A stretch of DNA of 63,315 bases, the filler included. It is 7 parts of 7 records of this genome, joined end to end, with 100 filler letters (N's around TTAATTAATTAA, not from the genome) between each part and the next. Parts side by side here need not be neighbours in the genome. Positions count along the whole stretch, not along the records: positions 48,040 to 63,315 come from SRR31156797_35597; 6 more parts are not named here. The stretch is one strand, 5' to 3'. This document shows, one piece after another, positions 63,141 through 63,315 of this stretch. Made by a program: the position numbers and the translations under genes. The notes under the pieces were generated by a model. The model searched no databases, was not told the DNA's origin, and saw only the letters and a list, made by a program, of their open reading frames with translations. Position 1 is the stretch's first letter. Each line of letters opens with the position of its first letter.

Positions 63141-63314
63141 TTATAGGCTTCTTGGTACAATGGTATTCAAGTAACTCTGAAACAACACCTTGTCCACAAT
63201 CCATTGACCCCTATGCCCAGGTAGCTTATGTCCAAGATTGTTTTGGGCAACCCAGCGTGCTGCTGTCGAATGAGAAACTGTACGCCCAGTTTGTAACAGA
63301 ATTTGTTGCTGAGC
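63141..63314 (-). CDS. Small excisionase/MerR-like HTH protein, 5' truncated (missed by ORF track)
   Basis: Own translation AQQQILLQTGRTVSHSTAARWVAQNNLGHKLPGHRGQWIVDKVLFQSYLNTIVPRSL*. Confidence 0.6.
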   Translation of the reverse strand, partial: AQQQILLQTGRTVSHSTAARWVAQNNLGHKLPGHRGQWIVDKVLFQSYLNTIVPRSL

Positions 63315-63315
63315 G

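Larger units (their letters stand above)
48040..63315. mobile_element. Integrative / phage-satellite-like element with defence cargo (ends not in window)
   Basis: Tyrosine recombinase, polymerase-helicase module, DUF3102, DUF2958, HTH and DRT3; no housekeeping or virion genes. Confidence 0.7.

Noticed and set aside
62943-63315. Possible CRISPR array
   Set aside because: Only two divergent copies, similarity extends over ~120 bp and follows a protein frame; no cas genes

Overview
The window is not one locus. It is seven unrelated contigs joined by 100-nt N/TTAATTAATTAA linkers, so neighbourhoods across linkers mean nothing; taxonomic labels below are inferred from composition and protein style. 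(1) 1-10882: Methanosarcinaceae-like archaeon (lsm, rpl37e, purF, tRNA-His, thi4, PAS kinase, ATPase-less MCM-like gene, AAA ATPase, rnz, rps8e, two miniature IS5-family relics). (2) 10983-20451: deltaproteobacterial cobalamin-riboswitch operon (TonB receptor, DUF2162, ExbB-like, DUF2149, CobN-like, CbiK). (3) 20552-27054: low-GC Fusobacteria-like catabolic locus plus pckA. (4) 27155-33510: rpsA, sppA, yrdC/sua5-like, guaB, dnaE. (5) 33611-40981: pilT, pilU, GHMP kinase, surE and a toxin-like lipoprotein. (6) 41082-47939: Arcobacter-like signalling genes. (7) 48040-63315: an integrative, satellite-like element with a PolA-superfamily (TV-Pol-like) polymerase, Zn-finger/AAA helicase and tyrosine recombinase. 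It carries a complete DRT3 antiphage system: two reverse transcriptases plus an unannotated ~207-nt structured ncRNA with an ACACACACA tract. A convergent DUF429-DUF2779 nuclease pair lies next to it. DRT3 and its ncRNA are the most interesting signal.
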